NCBI GenBank assembly: GCA_964016885.1
Contig: OZ024743.1
Location: 153,078,001-153,142,000, forward strand
From: Eledone cirrhosa
Lineage: Eukaryota
Direction: 5' to 3'
Length of the DNA: 64,000 nt
In this document: piece after piece, positions 13,566 to 24,024 of the stretch
How positions within the stretch are numbered: position 1 is the first letter of the stretch
How the letters are laid out: each line of letters begins with the position of its first letter
Notes under the pieces: model-generated
Database searches by the model: none
What the model saw: the letters and a program-made list of their open reading frames with translations, nothing else
Told to the model about the DNA's origin: nothing
Translations under genes and position numbers: made by a program

Positions 13566-14785
13566 GGAGGTGAGTTTTATTGTAGTATAATACCCATCTT
13601 TCTACCTTATTTCAATGTTATTTATTATACATTATATAATACTAGTCACTCATTCTATATCATTCCTATTATCACTTCCCTTTCTTCCTCTTTTCTTTTA
13701 ATTTCTAACCTCTAATCTGTACTTTTTCTTCCTAGATTCTTCTCAATTCTTATTATTACTCACCACAATATATTCACTCTTCCTTCTTCCTTCATATCAT
13801 TGGCCATAAAACTTATTATTACCTTTTAAATACTTTATAGTATTACCTTTAAAAATCCTTCGTAAACATAAACATTTTTTGACGTTAGAATATTCCTCCT
13901 CAGTTCATTATATTTTTTTTCTCCCTTTCATGCTCGTCTAACTTTTACATATTACATATCACAATACATAAAAACAAACTTAAACCCTAACTAATCTCCT
14001 TTATTACATTATATTATTACCATTAGGAAATACTTCATAAACATATACATTTTGATGTTAGAGTCTTCTCTTCCTTAAACACTATTTACTTCTTTGCTTT
14101 CTGCGCTCATTTGTAAACAAACTATTTACATATATTACGCATACATATTACATTACATAAAAACAAACTTAAACACGAACTAATTCCTCTAAATTCATAA
14201 TTCATCCACTCTTCTACTTCTTTTCACATTATATCCTTAATAACATTAATATTTTTATTTTAATAAATACATATTAACAATTTCTTTTCATCGCACATAT
14301 TATTAAACCCTTCAATATACAAACCTTAATTTAACATTATTCTTAATTTTTTTTTCTTCATTAATTTCTTTTCTCTTCATCAATTTTCAAATTCTTTTAA
14401 ATTATATATTATCTTCCAACGGCTTTTTAACCTCTCTCTGTGAAACAATATATTTTTCTCAGTTATAAAGTCTCTCTCTCTCTTTCTATCACCCATCTCT
14501 CCTCCTATCTCATCCTTCCTTATTATACTCCTCCCCCACCATTCTTTACTCTCATCTCCTCCTCTTTTTCACCCCCCCCCTCATTTTTTCTCAATATCAC
14601 ACACCAATCTTAAATTATTTTTCATATGTTGATTTAAAACTGCACTATTCACTAGTGTTTTTTAACCTTCATATCATGTCTCCCTATTTTATCTGACGAA
14701 AACGCAAATGTCATCGCATGATGATATTTGTTTTTGAAATGCGCATAATAAAATACATGTAACTCTTTTAACCATCTTTTGATCT

Positions 14786-14786
<1 letters not shown>
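13562..14786 (+). mobile_element. Non-coding AT/pyrimidine-rich element between two (TA)n tracts with a hammerhead near its 3' end (Penelope-like or retrozyme derivative)
   Basis: Bounded by (TA)n at 13482-13561 and 14787-14856; internal duplication tacataaaaacaaacttaaac at about 13965 and 14154; hammerhead at 14685-14755. Confidence 0.5.
14685..14755 (+). ncRNA. Type I hammerhead ribozyme, intact core
   Basis: tattttat CTGACGA aaacgcaaatgtcatc gcat gatgatatttgttttt GAAA tgcgca TA ataaaata: 8-bp stem I, long stem II, palindromic stem III atgcgcat, triplet AUA; predicted cut 14747/14748. Confidence 0.85.
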
Positions 14787-14861
<75 letters not shown>

Positions 14862-15009
14862 GCATACACACATTCCCACACACACATGCATACATTCATA
14901 TATACATACATGCATACACACATACATCCACAATGCAGTAGATTGCCTGTGATATTTCTTTATGGGTTTTCATGATGTTCTGAGTATAAATCCTACTTAG
15001 GTTAACTTT

Positions 15010-15360
15010 GTCTTGAATCATTTATTGGGTTAATAAAATAATTAAAAAAAAGGATAAAAAGGAAATTAAGTAATGACAAAAAAGGGAGAAGGGGTAAAGA
15101 AGGGCAGACTGGCTGTATAGGAAAGTGATGGAAAGAACTATTAATGCCATAAATGAGAAGAACAAGAGGTAAAGAGCAAAGGCTATAGGGAAGAGCCAGG
15201 ACTATTAGGCAACAGAAGAAGGAGAGGGGGTGACAGGCTCTACACCTAGGCTCGAGCAGTGATTCAGTTGTGTCCCGCGGTCAAACCTCGAAGGCATTTC
15301 CACGGACAATGGCCAGTGATACATGCTGCACCAGCCTCCCCACCTCATGGAGCTCCTTCC
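15010..15360 (-). mobile_element. 3' fragment of a CRE-type (RLE) LINE
   Basis: Minus strand QHVSLAIVRGNA resembles the CRE C-terminal QRLS.A.QRGNA motif; boundaries approximate. Confidence 0.55.
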
Positions 15361-16047
15361 TTAGACAGACTGTTGATGTTCTGATTTTAAGGAGGAGCTT
15401 GGCTGTGCATGTAATAATTCAAGTACAGATAATGATTTAATATTCCTATAACAGCTCCAAGATGTGAGTGAAAAACTAAAATTGCATACATACATACATA
15501 CATAATAGATACATATGTAGGTACACATGTAGATACATATGTAGGTACACATGTAGGTACACATGTAGATACATTCACATATACACACATACACATGCAT
15601 GCACTCACATACAGTTATGCATACATACACTCAATGACTTTCACAAGCTTTTGGCTGGCATATGTGTTGTCTCCTCCCTCTGCCTTTACTACCTTTGCCA
15701 CAATGGTCTCTACTACTTTGACTTTGCAATTATCATGGCACTTCCATTAAGGCATTCCTGACTCACTTGTTACTCTTGCTCTCATCACCAATGTTGTTTT
15801 CAACCAGCCCCCACACTAACCAATGTGCCTAGTCCTTCTTGCCCAGAAAACTTGTTATCTGGAACTCTTTCCCTGCTCATGCTTTTCAAAAGAGTAAACC
15901 TGGAACAGTTTAAACAGGACACTAACAGCACTAATCTCTCCAATCAAAGAGGGTCTTTGAAAGTCCTAGGAACAATTCCTTTCTTCCAGATCTCCCAAAT
16001 CAAAATCCAAAAGCAAAAAAAAAAAAAAGAAATGCATACATATGTAC

Positions 16048-16657
16048 ATATATGTAGTAAGAAACACAGTAAATCGTGCGTCTAATATTACGAGGGCTGA
16101 AGAACCACATTTGTTTGAAATATTTAACCATGAAGCAGACAGAATGATAAAATAAAATGAAATTATATTATACAAACCGCCTCAATAACTATTATATCTC
16201 TCGGACAGATTAGGATTAATCTGTTTTGCCCTGAGTGTGTTTGTAACAGATAATCCATGGGCATCATCAGCGAGAGAATCTGATTAAATGCGACAAACAC
16301 CTAATACTAACGTTCACACAGAAAAATGAATTCATCACCTCGTGTGCCGTAAGTCGAAAGTGGTGCGAGTGTATTGGTTAGAAATAACAGTCCAACACAC
16401 GCGACTTAATAAGCTCACTTCTTGAGGGAGCCGAAATATAAATGAAAGTTAGAGTTAATAACTCATACTGAAACCCTGTAATTTAATAAGCTCAAAGTAT
16501 AAATACTGAGCATTATAATAATATATGTAATAAGAAACACAGTAAATTATGCGTCTAATATTACGAGGGTTGAAGAAACACATTTGTTTGAAATATTTAA
16601 CCATGAAGCAGACAGAATGATAAAATAAAATAAAATTATATTATACGAACTGCCTCA
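16048..16657 (-). mobile_element. About 1.3 tandem copies of a 473-bp non-coding unit containing a hammerhead (retrozyme or non-autonomous Penelope-like)
   Basis: 137-bp direct repeats at 16048-16184 and 16521-16657 (offset 473); hammerhead at 16197-16277. Confidence 0.7.
16197..16277 (-). ncRNA. Type I hammerhead ribozyme with a G12-to-A core mutation
   Basis: Minus strand: tctctcg CTGATGA t gccc..gggc AAAA cagatta atcc taatctg TC cgagaga; perfect stems I and III, triplet GUC; GAAA changed to AAAA at 16227 (CpG-type transition). Confidence 0.8.
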
Positions 16658-16724
16658 GCATAATACATACACACATATACAAACATACACACATACACAA
16701 ACACACAAACATACAAACAAACGT

Positions 16725-16990
16725 ACATGCTGATTGTTACTTCTTGTCAGAAGAGTGCCATCTCTTCATTGAACATTGCCTGATCATGTGCATGCAAGAG
16801 ACTTTTCAGAGCCATTTTTGTTTTGCAGGTATGTTCACCGATGTTACACTTGAGCTTTCTGTCTCCTAGCAGTACAAGCTTGGGTGTGTCTTCCTGCATT
16901 CTACCATGTCTGGTCAGTCCATAAGCTGACTTGCAAAATAAACCACACTCATTGCAAATATACCGTGGAGTGCATGACAGTAGAACCATC
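16725..16990 (-). mobile_element. 3' fragment of an RTE-type LINE with C2H2 zinc fingers
   Basis: YICNECGLFCKSAYGLTRHGRM and KCNIGEHTCKTKMALKSLLHAH (decayed C2H2), followed by a short stem-loop and (TG)-rich tail. Confidence 0.6.
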
Positions 16991-17042
16991 TCACATTAAT
17001 ACATACATACATATGACATACATATGTACATAGATACATATA

Positions 17043-17328
17043 TCCCACGGGTACAAGCCGAAGCTGAAGCATATAGCCAATATGCCCCCTACCCCCTCCT
17101 ACTGTAAAGTGGATGTGTAGGCTCCTCGGAAAAAAAGCACCTAGCACTCACTGTAAATGAGGTTGATGTTAGGAAGGCCTTCCAGCTGTAGAAATCAAGC
17201 CAGAATCAGTTCCCGTATGAGCAAGACAAGGTCAGCCTACCACACACTGTCCACAACAGGACAACCCGTCTAACTCATGCTAGTGTGGAAGAACGGACGT
17301 AAAATGGTGGTGATGATGATGATGATGA
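17043..17328 (+). mobile_element. 3' UTR fragment of an RTE LINE
   Basis: Reverse complement of 28620-28940; ends ggacgtaaaatggtggtgatgatg. Confidence 0.8.
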
Positions 17329-17425
17329 TACATATGTACATACATACATATATACATACATAAATGCATACATATGTACATACATACATACATAAATGCA
17401 TACATACATACATATATACATATGT

Positions 17426-17986
17426 ACATGGTGGCTGCCAACTCGTTTTCGAGTACGGCCACTACTTTATATCCGTGTAGGAGAACCCCTACCGATGCGC
17501 TGAACAAGTGTGACATTTTAGTCCAGCCAGCGACTTGAAAACTCTGGTACAAACAAACTACACTTGTGACAATTACTGACACATAGTGTTGGGCCCATAG
17601 TACCATGTGACGACAAGTGCAGAAAGATCTCCAGATATATAGCAATGCCTGTGCCATGAAGCTTCTATAGTGAGCAAAGGCACTGCACAAAGCCAGTCGC
17701 ACTCTCTTAACCAAGATGATATTTACCAAAAAGAAGAACAAGTCAACATCATTGAATACCATCAGGGTTGCAGGTGTTATATCATAGATTTCCTTCTCCT
17801 AGAATTCTGCCTTGACAAAGGCTAAGGGGTCATCAGTCCCGGTGATTTTGGATGGCCATTGACTCTTAAGAGCTCCTTTGCCTATTGACAGGTTTTGTTT
17901 TTAGTTCTGCAGGATGTCCCAAATCACCCTTCTCACCAAGAAACCTTGGTGGGGTTGCCAGTTTAGTCGCCAACGACCCGACCATG
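17426..17986 (-). mobile_element. Non-autonomous bipartite RTE derivative
   Basis: 5' part matches 20750-21060 (gcgactaaactggcaaccccacc; ctaggagaagg); 3' end gtggccgtactcgaaaacgagttggcagccaccatg; 3' part duplicated at 39700-40042. Confidence 0.7.
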
Positions 17987-18093
17987 ATATACATACATAC
18001 ATACATACATACATACATGATGACTGCCCCCTCGTTATCGAGTATGGCCATTGCATGAGGAGGAAAAAAAATTAATAAATAAATAAATAAAAA

Positions 18094-18146
<53 letters not shown>

Positions 18147-18326
18147 CATACACATATACACACACACATATATACACACACATACATTAATAACAATAAT
18201 AATAATAATAATAACAACAATAATAATAACGACAACAACAATAATAATATACATATACATATATATATACACATACACGCACACACATAAACATATCTAT
18301 ACACACACACACACACACGATAGCAA

Positions 18327-19454
18327 CTAACAGCGCTGCGATCGAATGTGACTTTTTAGCCCAGCCAATGATCTAAAATGTCTTGCACAGAGTCGGCAAC
18401 CAAAACATTCACTGGGAATAGTCGGCTGTGGTTGGAGTTTGTGTACTTTTGCATGTCGCTTGAGCCCTCCTGCTGATTTACATTCTCTACCACATGTTTG
18501 GCAAGCATGATGAGTAGCATCTCCAACAGCAGCCTGGTAGTCAACCACTGGTCTTACTTTATGACTGCGAAGATGACTTTCGAGTCCAGCTTTGCTTAGG
18601 CAGAGTCTCGCACAGACGCTGCATGTCAGCACCATAGGAGGACCCTCGCCGTCTGGAAGTGCAACAGCAATTCCCTTCCTCACATCCCGCTTTACTTTCT
18701 CGTATGCGATTCGAGATGCCTCAAAGGTAACTTTTCCCTCATATACAGTCTTTCACCATTTATTACGATCAGCAGCAATATTTTCCCATGTATCAGCAGA
18801 GATGTTAGCGTCTTTCAGAGAGGCTTTCAAGGAATCCTTATACCTCTTTTTTGGTTTATGTGGCGGTCGTTTTCCTTTAACCAACTCTCCATAAAAGAGT
18901 TGTTTTGGTATTCTAGAATCCTTCATCCTGGCAAGGTGACCACTCCAACGGAGTCGTTGCTTAAGCACAAGAGCTTCTATACTGTCACACATAGAGCTTT
19001 CCAAAATCTCGACATCACTGATGTGGTCCCTCCAGTGAACGCCATGGATCCGTCTGAGACACATCTGATGGAAACGCTCCAATTGCTTAAGGTCGTGTCG
19101 ATATGTGACCCAGGTCTCGCAGGCATAAAGAAGACAAGAGAGCACACATGCCCTGTACACCTTTACCTTTGTCCTCCTGCATATGTCTCGCTGACCCCAG
19201 AGTCGCCTTTCTAGCTTTCCGAAAGCATCACTTGCTTTCCTAATCCTAAGTGAGATTTCACTGTCAAGGTTGCTGTATCGATTGACAGTGCTTCCCAGGT
19301 AGACAAACTGATCAACCACTCCAAGTCGTTTGCCATACACATAGATGTTTGGTTCAGTGTACTGCTTACCAGGTGCAGGTTGGTACATGACGACGGTTTT
19401 CTTGAGACTGACAGTCAATCCTAGGGCAGTGCAAGCGTCAGAAAATGCATTCAA
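18327..19454 (-). pseudogene. RTE-clade LINE ORF 3' half: RT C-terminus plus three C2H2 zinc fingers
   Basis: LGLTVSLKKT, FVYLGS, LLYACETW, LRWSGHL, KQLFYGEL; a single in-frame TGA at 18753-18755 joins the two listed ORFs; fingers CSVC..HLRSH, CQTC..HAKVH, CRLC..HIRSQ. Confidence 0.92.
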
Positions 19455-19544
19455 AATTTTAATTAATTTTTGTATTCTGAAACATCAAAATACAACATAC
19501 ATACATACATACATACATACATCCAACCATAATGTAGTGGACAG

Positions 19545-19700
19545 GCAGAATTGGTAGAATATTTGATAAAATGCTATTGGTATATTTAATTATAGCTTTT
19601 TTTGACATCCTGTGTTTAAATTCTTTCGGGGTCAAATTTCCCTTCCATCTCTTCAAGGGCTGATAAATATATATAAATGAAGTACTGGGAGGTATTTAAT
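19545..19700 (+). mobile_element. Old diverged family A-like SINE
   Basis: ggcagaattggtagaa head and ggggtcaaatttcccttccatctcttcaagggctgataaa...aagtac resemble the family A body. Confidence 0.45.
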
Positions 19701-19851
19701 ATTCCTATACAGTTTTGTAGATATGAATGGAGGACTAAGCCTGCACACCTACATACATGCATACATATATACATACACACGCAAACATATATGTATACAT
19801 GCATGCATACATACCTACCTACATACATAATACATACATACATACATACAT

Positions 19852-20357
19852 CCTGCCCAGCAGATGCCAATATAATATCAAAGATTAGTGAAAAGGAGAA
19901 TATTTATGCAGAACTGATGAGAAATCTGCAGATACTCCACCCTGATTACACCTTAGATTTATGCCTGTGATTATTGGGGCACTGGGATATGTTAGTAACT
20001 GCCTCAATACAAATCTTGAGAAGCTAGGCTTCACAGGAACAGAAAGAACACAACTAGTTAGGAAATTACAAGTACAATCCATTAAATGGAACAGTAAAAA
20101 TATGTAAAACATTCCAAAAATTTTGCATCTAATAACTGCATATACACATGTACAGATACAAAGCATATACACATGCACACATACAACTCAAAACATCCAC
20201 ATCCACACATACAATAACATCCATATCTACACATGCATGCATACATACATATCTACCTAGTTGATGTGTAAATTCCAATGAGAGAGTCTTGTGTCTATGT
20301 TAGAAACCGACTCTCTCTCTATTGGTAAAACTTTGTGAAATTATAAAACCAGAAGAA
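19852..20357 (+). mobile_element. 3' fragment of an R4/NeSL-type RLE LINE in a (TACA)n tract
   Basis: PADANI..KISEKENIYAEL, PVIIGALG and a TVKICKTF-like C-terminus; 3' end gaaattataaaaccagaagaa-(CATA)n also at 40081-40100. Confidence 0.7.
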
Positions 20358-20566
20358 CATACATACCTACCTACATACATATATACCCTTATAAATAGAT
20401 TTGCAATGATAAGATCTCGTTTCATGAATCTTATTAAAGTAGATAAATTGGTGATTATTTTATTTTCATATCATTTGGAAGTTAATAAGTTATTAGAATT
20501 TCCATTAAATGAATGTTTTCAGCAAAAGACAGCACGGCAACTTTGTTTATATATTTTATAACCAGT

Positions 20567-20647
20567 TATGTATGTATGTATGTATGTATGTATGTATGTA
20601 TGTATGTATGTATGTATGTATGTATGTATGTATGTATGTGTGTATGC

Positions 20648-20695
<48 letters not shown>
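20567..20695. repeat. (TATG)n/(TA)n microsatellite
   Basis: Direct reading. Confidence 0.95.
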
Positions 20696-20698
<3 letters not shown>

Positions 20699-21221
20699 GG
20701 GTCACTCTTGAGGGCTACTGGTAACATGTAACCCAGTACAACCTGTCGAATGGTGGGGTCTTCAGCGACTAAACTGGCAACCCCACCAAGTTTCCTTGGT
20801 GAGCAGGGTGATTTTGGACACCCTGCAGGACAAAAAACAAAATCTGACAAAAGGCGGAAGAACTCATAAGAGTCAACGGCCATCCGAAAGTGTGTAAATA
20901 TGTATAGACACATGTACCGCGCAGTTAAACCACTGGGAGTGAAGGACCCCTAGCCTTTGTCAGGGCATTCTTCTAGGAGAAGGCAATTCAGGAAACTGGG
21001 ATAACTCCGATATAAAACTGGCGGCTCAATAGTTACTGATGATGTTGATCCTTTCTTCTTTTCGGGTTATAGCTACTGTCGCTCAGTGAGTGGGATTGGC
21101 TCAGTGCACAGTCACTTTAAAAAATATCTTCACGGACAGGCATTGCACAATAGAATTAATTAATAATTATTAATAATGGTATATCGTGCAATGGCCATAC
21201 TCGATAACGAGGGGGCAACCA
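20696..21221 (+). mobile_element. Full-length non-autonomous bipartite RTE derivative (about 525 bp)
   Basis: Shares 5' end with 39127-39684 (-) and 17426-17986 (-); 31-nt 3' end (21187-21217) identical to the reverse complement of 18025-18055; flanked by TA repeats. Confidence 0.75.
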
Positions 21222-21265
21222 TTATATATATACAACTAATATATATATACAACCATTATATATAT

Positions 21266-23033
21266 ACAACTAATCAGAGAGAGAATTGACCTAGATGAAA
21301 TGCAGTTCGGGTTTGTGTCAGGCAAAAGTACCACAGACGCTCTTTTCATTGTACGACAACTACAGGAGAAGTACCTAGCTAAAGGTAAACCCCTCTACTT
21401 AGCTTTTGTCGACTTGGAGAAAGCCTTCGACAGAGTCCCCCGCTCCATTATCTGGTGGGCTCTTAGAAAACTAGGCGTTGACGAATGGCTTGTGAGAGCT
21501 ATACAAGCCATGTATAAAGAAACAGTCAGCAAGGTTAGAATTAACAACGAATATAGTGAAGAGTTTAGCGTAAAAGTTGGCGTCCATCAGGGCTCTGTTC
21601 TCATCCCCCTACTATTTATTATTGCCCTTCAGGCTATAACAGAGGAGTTCAAGACCGGCTGCCCATGGGAACTCCTATACGCAGACGACCTGACACTCAT
21701 AGCGGAATCAATGGCCGAGCTAGAGAAGAAATTCCAAACATGGAAGCACGGCCTAGAATCAAAAGGCCTTAAAATTAACCTGGCTAAGACTAAAGTTCTA
21801 GTTTGTAGGAAAGAAAATAAGGCGGCGGTCCCTTCTGGGAAATGGTCGTGCTCGGTGTGTAGGAAAGGCGTAGGTAGAAACTCCATTTTATGTCCTAAAT
21901 GCAAAGTATGGGTGCATAAAAGATGTAGTGGGATCACAGGTAAGCTAACTAAGAACATAGATTTTACATGTGGCCCGTGCTCTGGTGCAATAAGTAGCAG
22001 CAAGTGCCCACAAAATACTAGCTCTTTCAATTGCGCAGAGGGTTCTATAGAAATAGTGGACAGTTTCCGTTACCTGGGTGATAAAATCAGCAGTGGGGGA
22101 GGGTGCTCTGAAAGTACAGTAGCTAGAGTCAGAACTGGTTGGAAAAAGTTCAGAGAGCTTATACCACTATTAGCTGCTAAAGGGTTCTCCCTAAAAATGA
22201 AAGGCAGGTTGTACGATGCCTGCATACGAACAGCAATGTTGCATGGCAGTGAGACCTGGGCATTGTGTGCAGAGGATATACGCAGACTAGAGAGGAACGA
22301 AGCTTGCATGCTCCGCTGGATGTGTAACAGTAATATACGTGAACGGCAAAGCATAAACGAACTAAGGAAAAAATTAGAAATAAGAGGGATCAGATGTTGT
22401 TTACTCGAGAGAAGGCTACGTTGGTATGGACACGTGATGCGCATGAAAGTCGATAGCTGTATAACAAAGTGCAGGGCAAAAAAGATAGACGGTAGCCACG
22501 GAATAGGCAGACCTAGAAAAACCTGGGACGAGCTGATAAACTCCGACCTCACACACTTACACCTCTCCAAGACAATGTCACTGGGCCGAGACCTTTGGCA
22601 GTACTCAGTAACAGAGAAGACCCGCCTTACCTAAATACATAGTAAAACCTACTACAGCCAGTAGGCATCTCTAACAAAATACCCCCCCCCCCCCGGTCCC
22701 ACCTCCCCCACTCCATCCACGCCACCCCGTTCAATGTAAAGTTGTGTTGGTGCCACACCATCCAGGCCGAAACAAATGAGATCGTGTAGGTGTCACGACA
22801 AAAAAACACACAGTCCACGCTGTAATGTGGCCGTGTAGGCAACACGGTAAAAACCTCCCAGACCCACACTGTAAATGTGGTTGGTGTTAGGAAGGGCATC
22901 CAACTGTAGAAAAATGCCAGACAGTCCTATGCGAGCAAGACAATCACTCTTGCCTCAAGTGGGACTACCCCCGTCCAAACCCATGCAAGCGTGGAACACG
23001 GACGTTAAACGTTGATGATGATGATGATGATGA
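21266..23033 (+). mobile_element. RTE-clade LINE, 5'-truncated, open 444-aa RT ORF (21300-22634)
   Basis: QFGF, AFVDLEKAFDRVP, GVHQGS, LYADDL, FRYLG, GSETW, RLRWYGHV, GRPRKTW; ggacgttaaacgtt(GAT)n tail. Confidence 0.95.
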
Positions 23034-23250
23034 TATATTTATTAAAATAACAGATTAAAGTTTAAGCAAGCGTGCTATTTTTCTCCACGCTCCACATATG
23101 ACTTATTATCTTCGTTTTTTCGTTCATTGCCAGAGAACGTCTCTATGCACCACCTAATAGAACATTAGTCACCGACCTCTTTTATACCATAAACGTGGTT
23201 CTGTCTTTGCTCGTAATTGTTTTTCACCGCTCCTATTAATGACGTATTAT

Positions 23251-23439
23251 GTGGTGGATTGGCAGTATCGGTAGAGGGTCAGACACCATGCTTTCCAGCA
23301 TAGTTACGTCCCTTTACGATCTGAGCTCAAATCCCGCCGAGGTTGACTTTGCCTTTTATCCTTCCGGGGTTGATGAAATAAAAGTACCAGTAATGCACTG
23401 GGTATTGCTGGCCTTGTGCCTAAAGTAGAAACAATTATT
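23251..23439 (+). mobile_element. SINE family A
   Basis: Full head gtggtggattggcagtatcggtagaggg through gtagaaacaattatt. Confidence 0.9.
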
Positions 23440-23559
23440 CGTTTTTTCCCGTTCTTTGCCAGCGAACGTTCCCACGAACCAAAGTATCGTCTTCCTGTCT
23501 TCCTCCAGTTACAACGTTTTTTGAAATATCCAGTTCTGCGTTTACAGATTGACTTTGTT

Positions 23560-23610
23560 AGTTTCAGAAGATCCCGTTAAGGGTGAAAGCAGCGATTCTT
23601 TGCTTAAATT
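23560..23610 (+). ncRNA. Decayed type I hammerhead motif
   Basis: agttt CAGAAGA t ccc gttaa ggg t GAAA gcagcgattctttgc TT aaatt; core U4 changed to A; the 3' half and about 110 bp downstream recur at 47747-47894. Confidence 0.5.
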
Positions 23611-23717
23611 TTAATCTGTTATTTTAATAAATATTTGCTCTACGGTTCTTATATATTTGATATATATTTATCCTTATCGAGCCCTCTTTGGATTTTAGTC
23701 TTCAATTTTATTATTAT

Positions 23718-23777
<60 letters not shown>

Positions 23778-23787
23778 GATATATATA

Positions 23788-23838
<51 letters not shown>

Positions 23839-23858
23839 GATATATATATCTATATATC

Positions 23859-23891
<33 letters not shown>

Positions 23892-24024
23892 CACACACAC
23901 ACACATATATTATATATATATAAATATAGTTTCCATTTATTTAATATCATTGTATATTATACTCCAGAAAACATTTATATTTGTTGAATTACCAACAAAT
24001 TGAATATCCCTTCTGCTTATATAT

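Noticed and set aside
16097-16130. Plus-strand ctgaaga..gaaa in the 137-bp repeat
   Set aside because: Stems I and II are out of register, and the second copy has ttgaaga
18327-18683. Stand-alone C2H2 zinc-finger gene
   Set aside because: In frame with the RTE RT across a single stop; it is the LINE C-terminus
20696-20830. HDV-like ribozyme at the 5' end of the bipartite RTE element
   Set aside because: Several hairpins are present but I could not build the nested double pseudoknot
23251-23345. tRNA gene
   Set aside because: A/B-box-like head of a multi-copy SINE; no full cloverleaf
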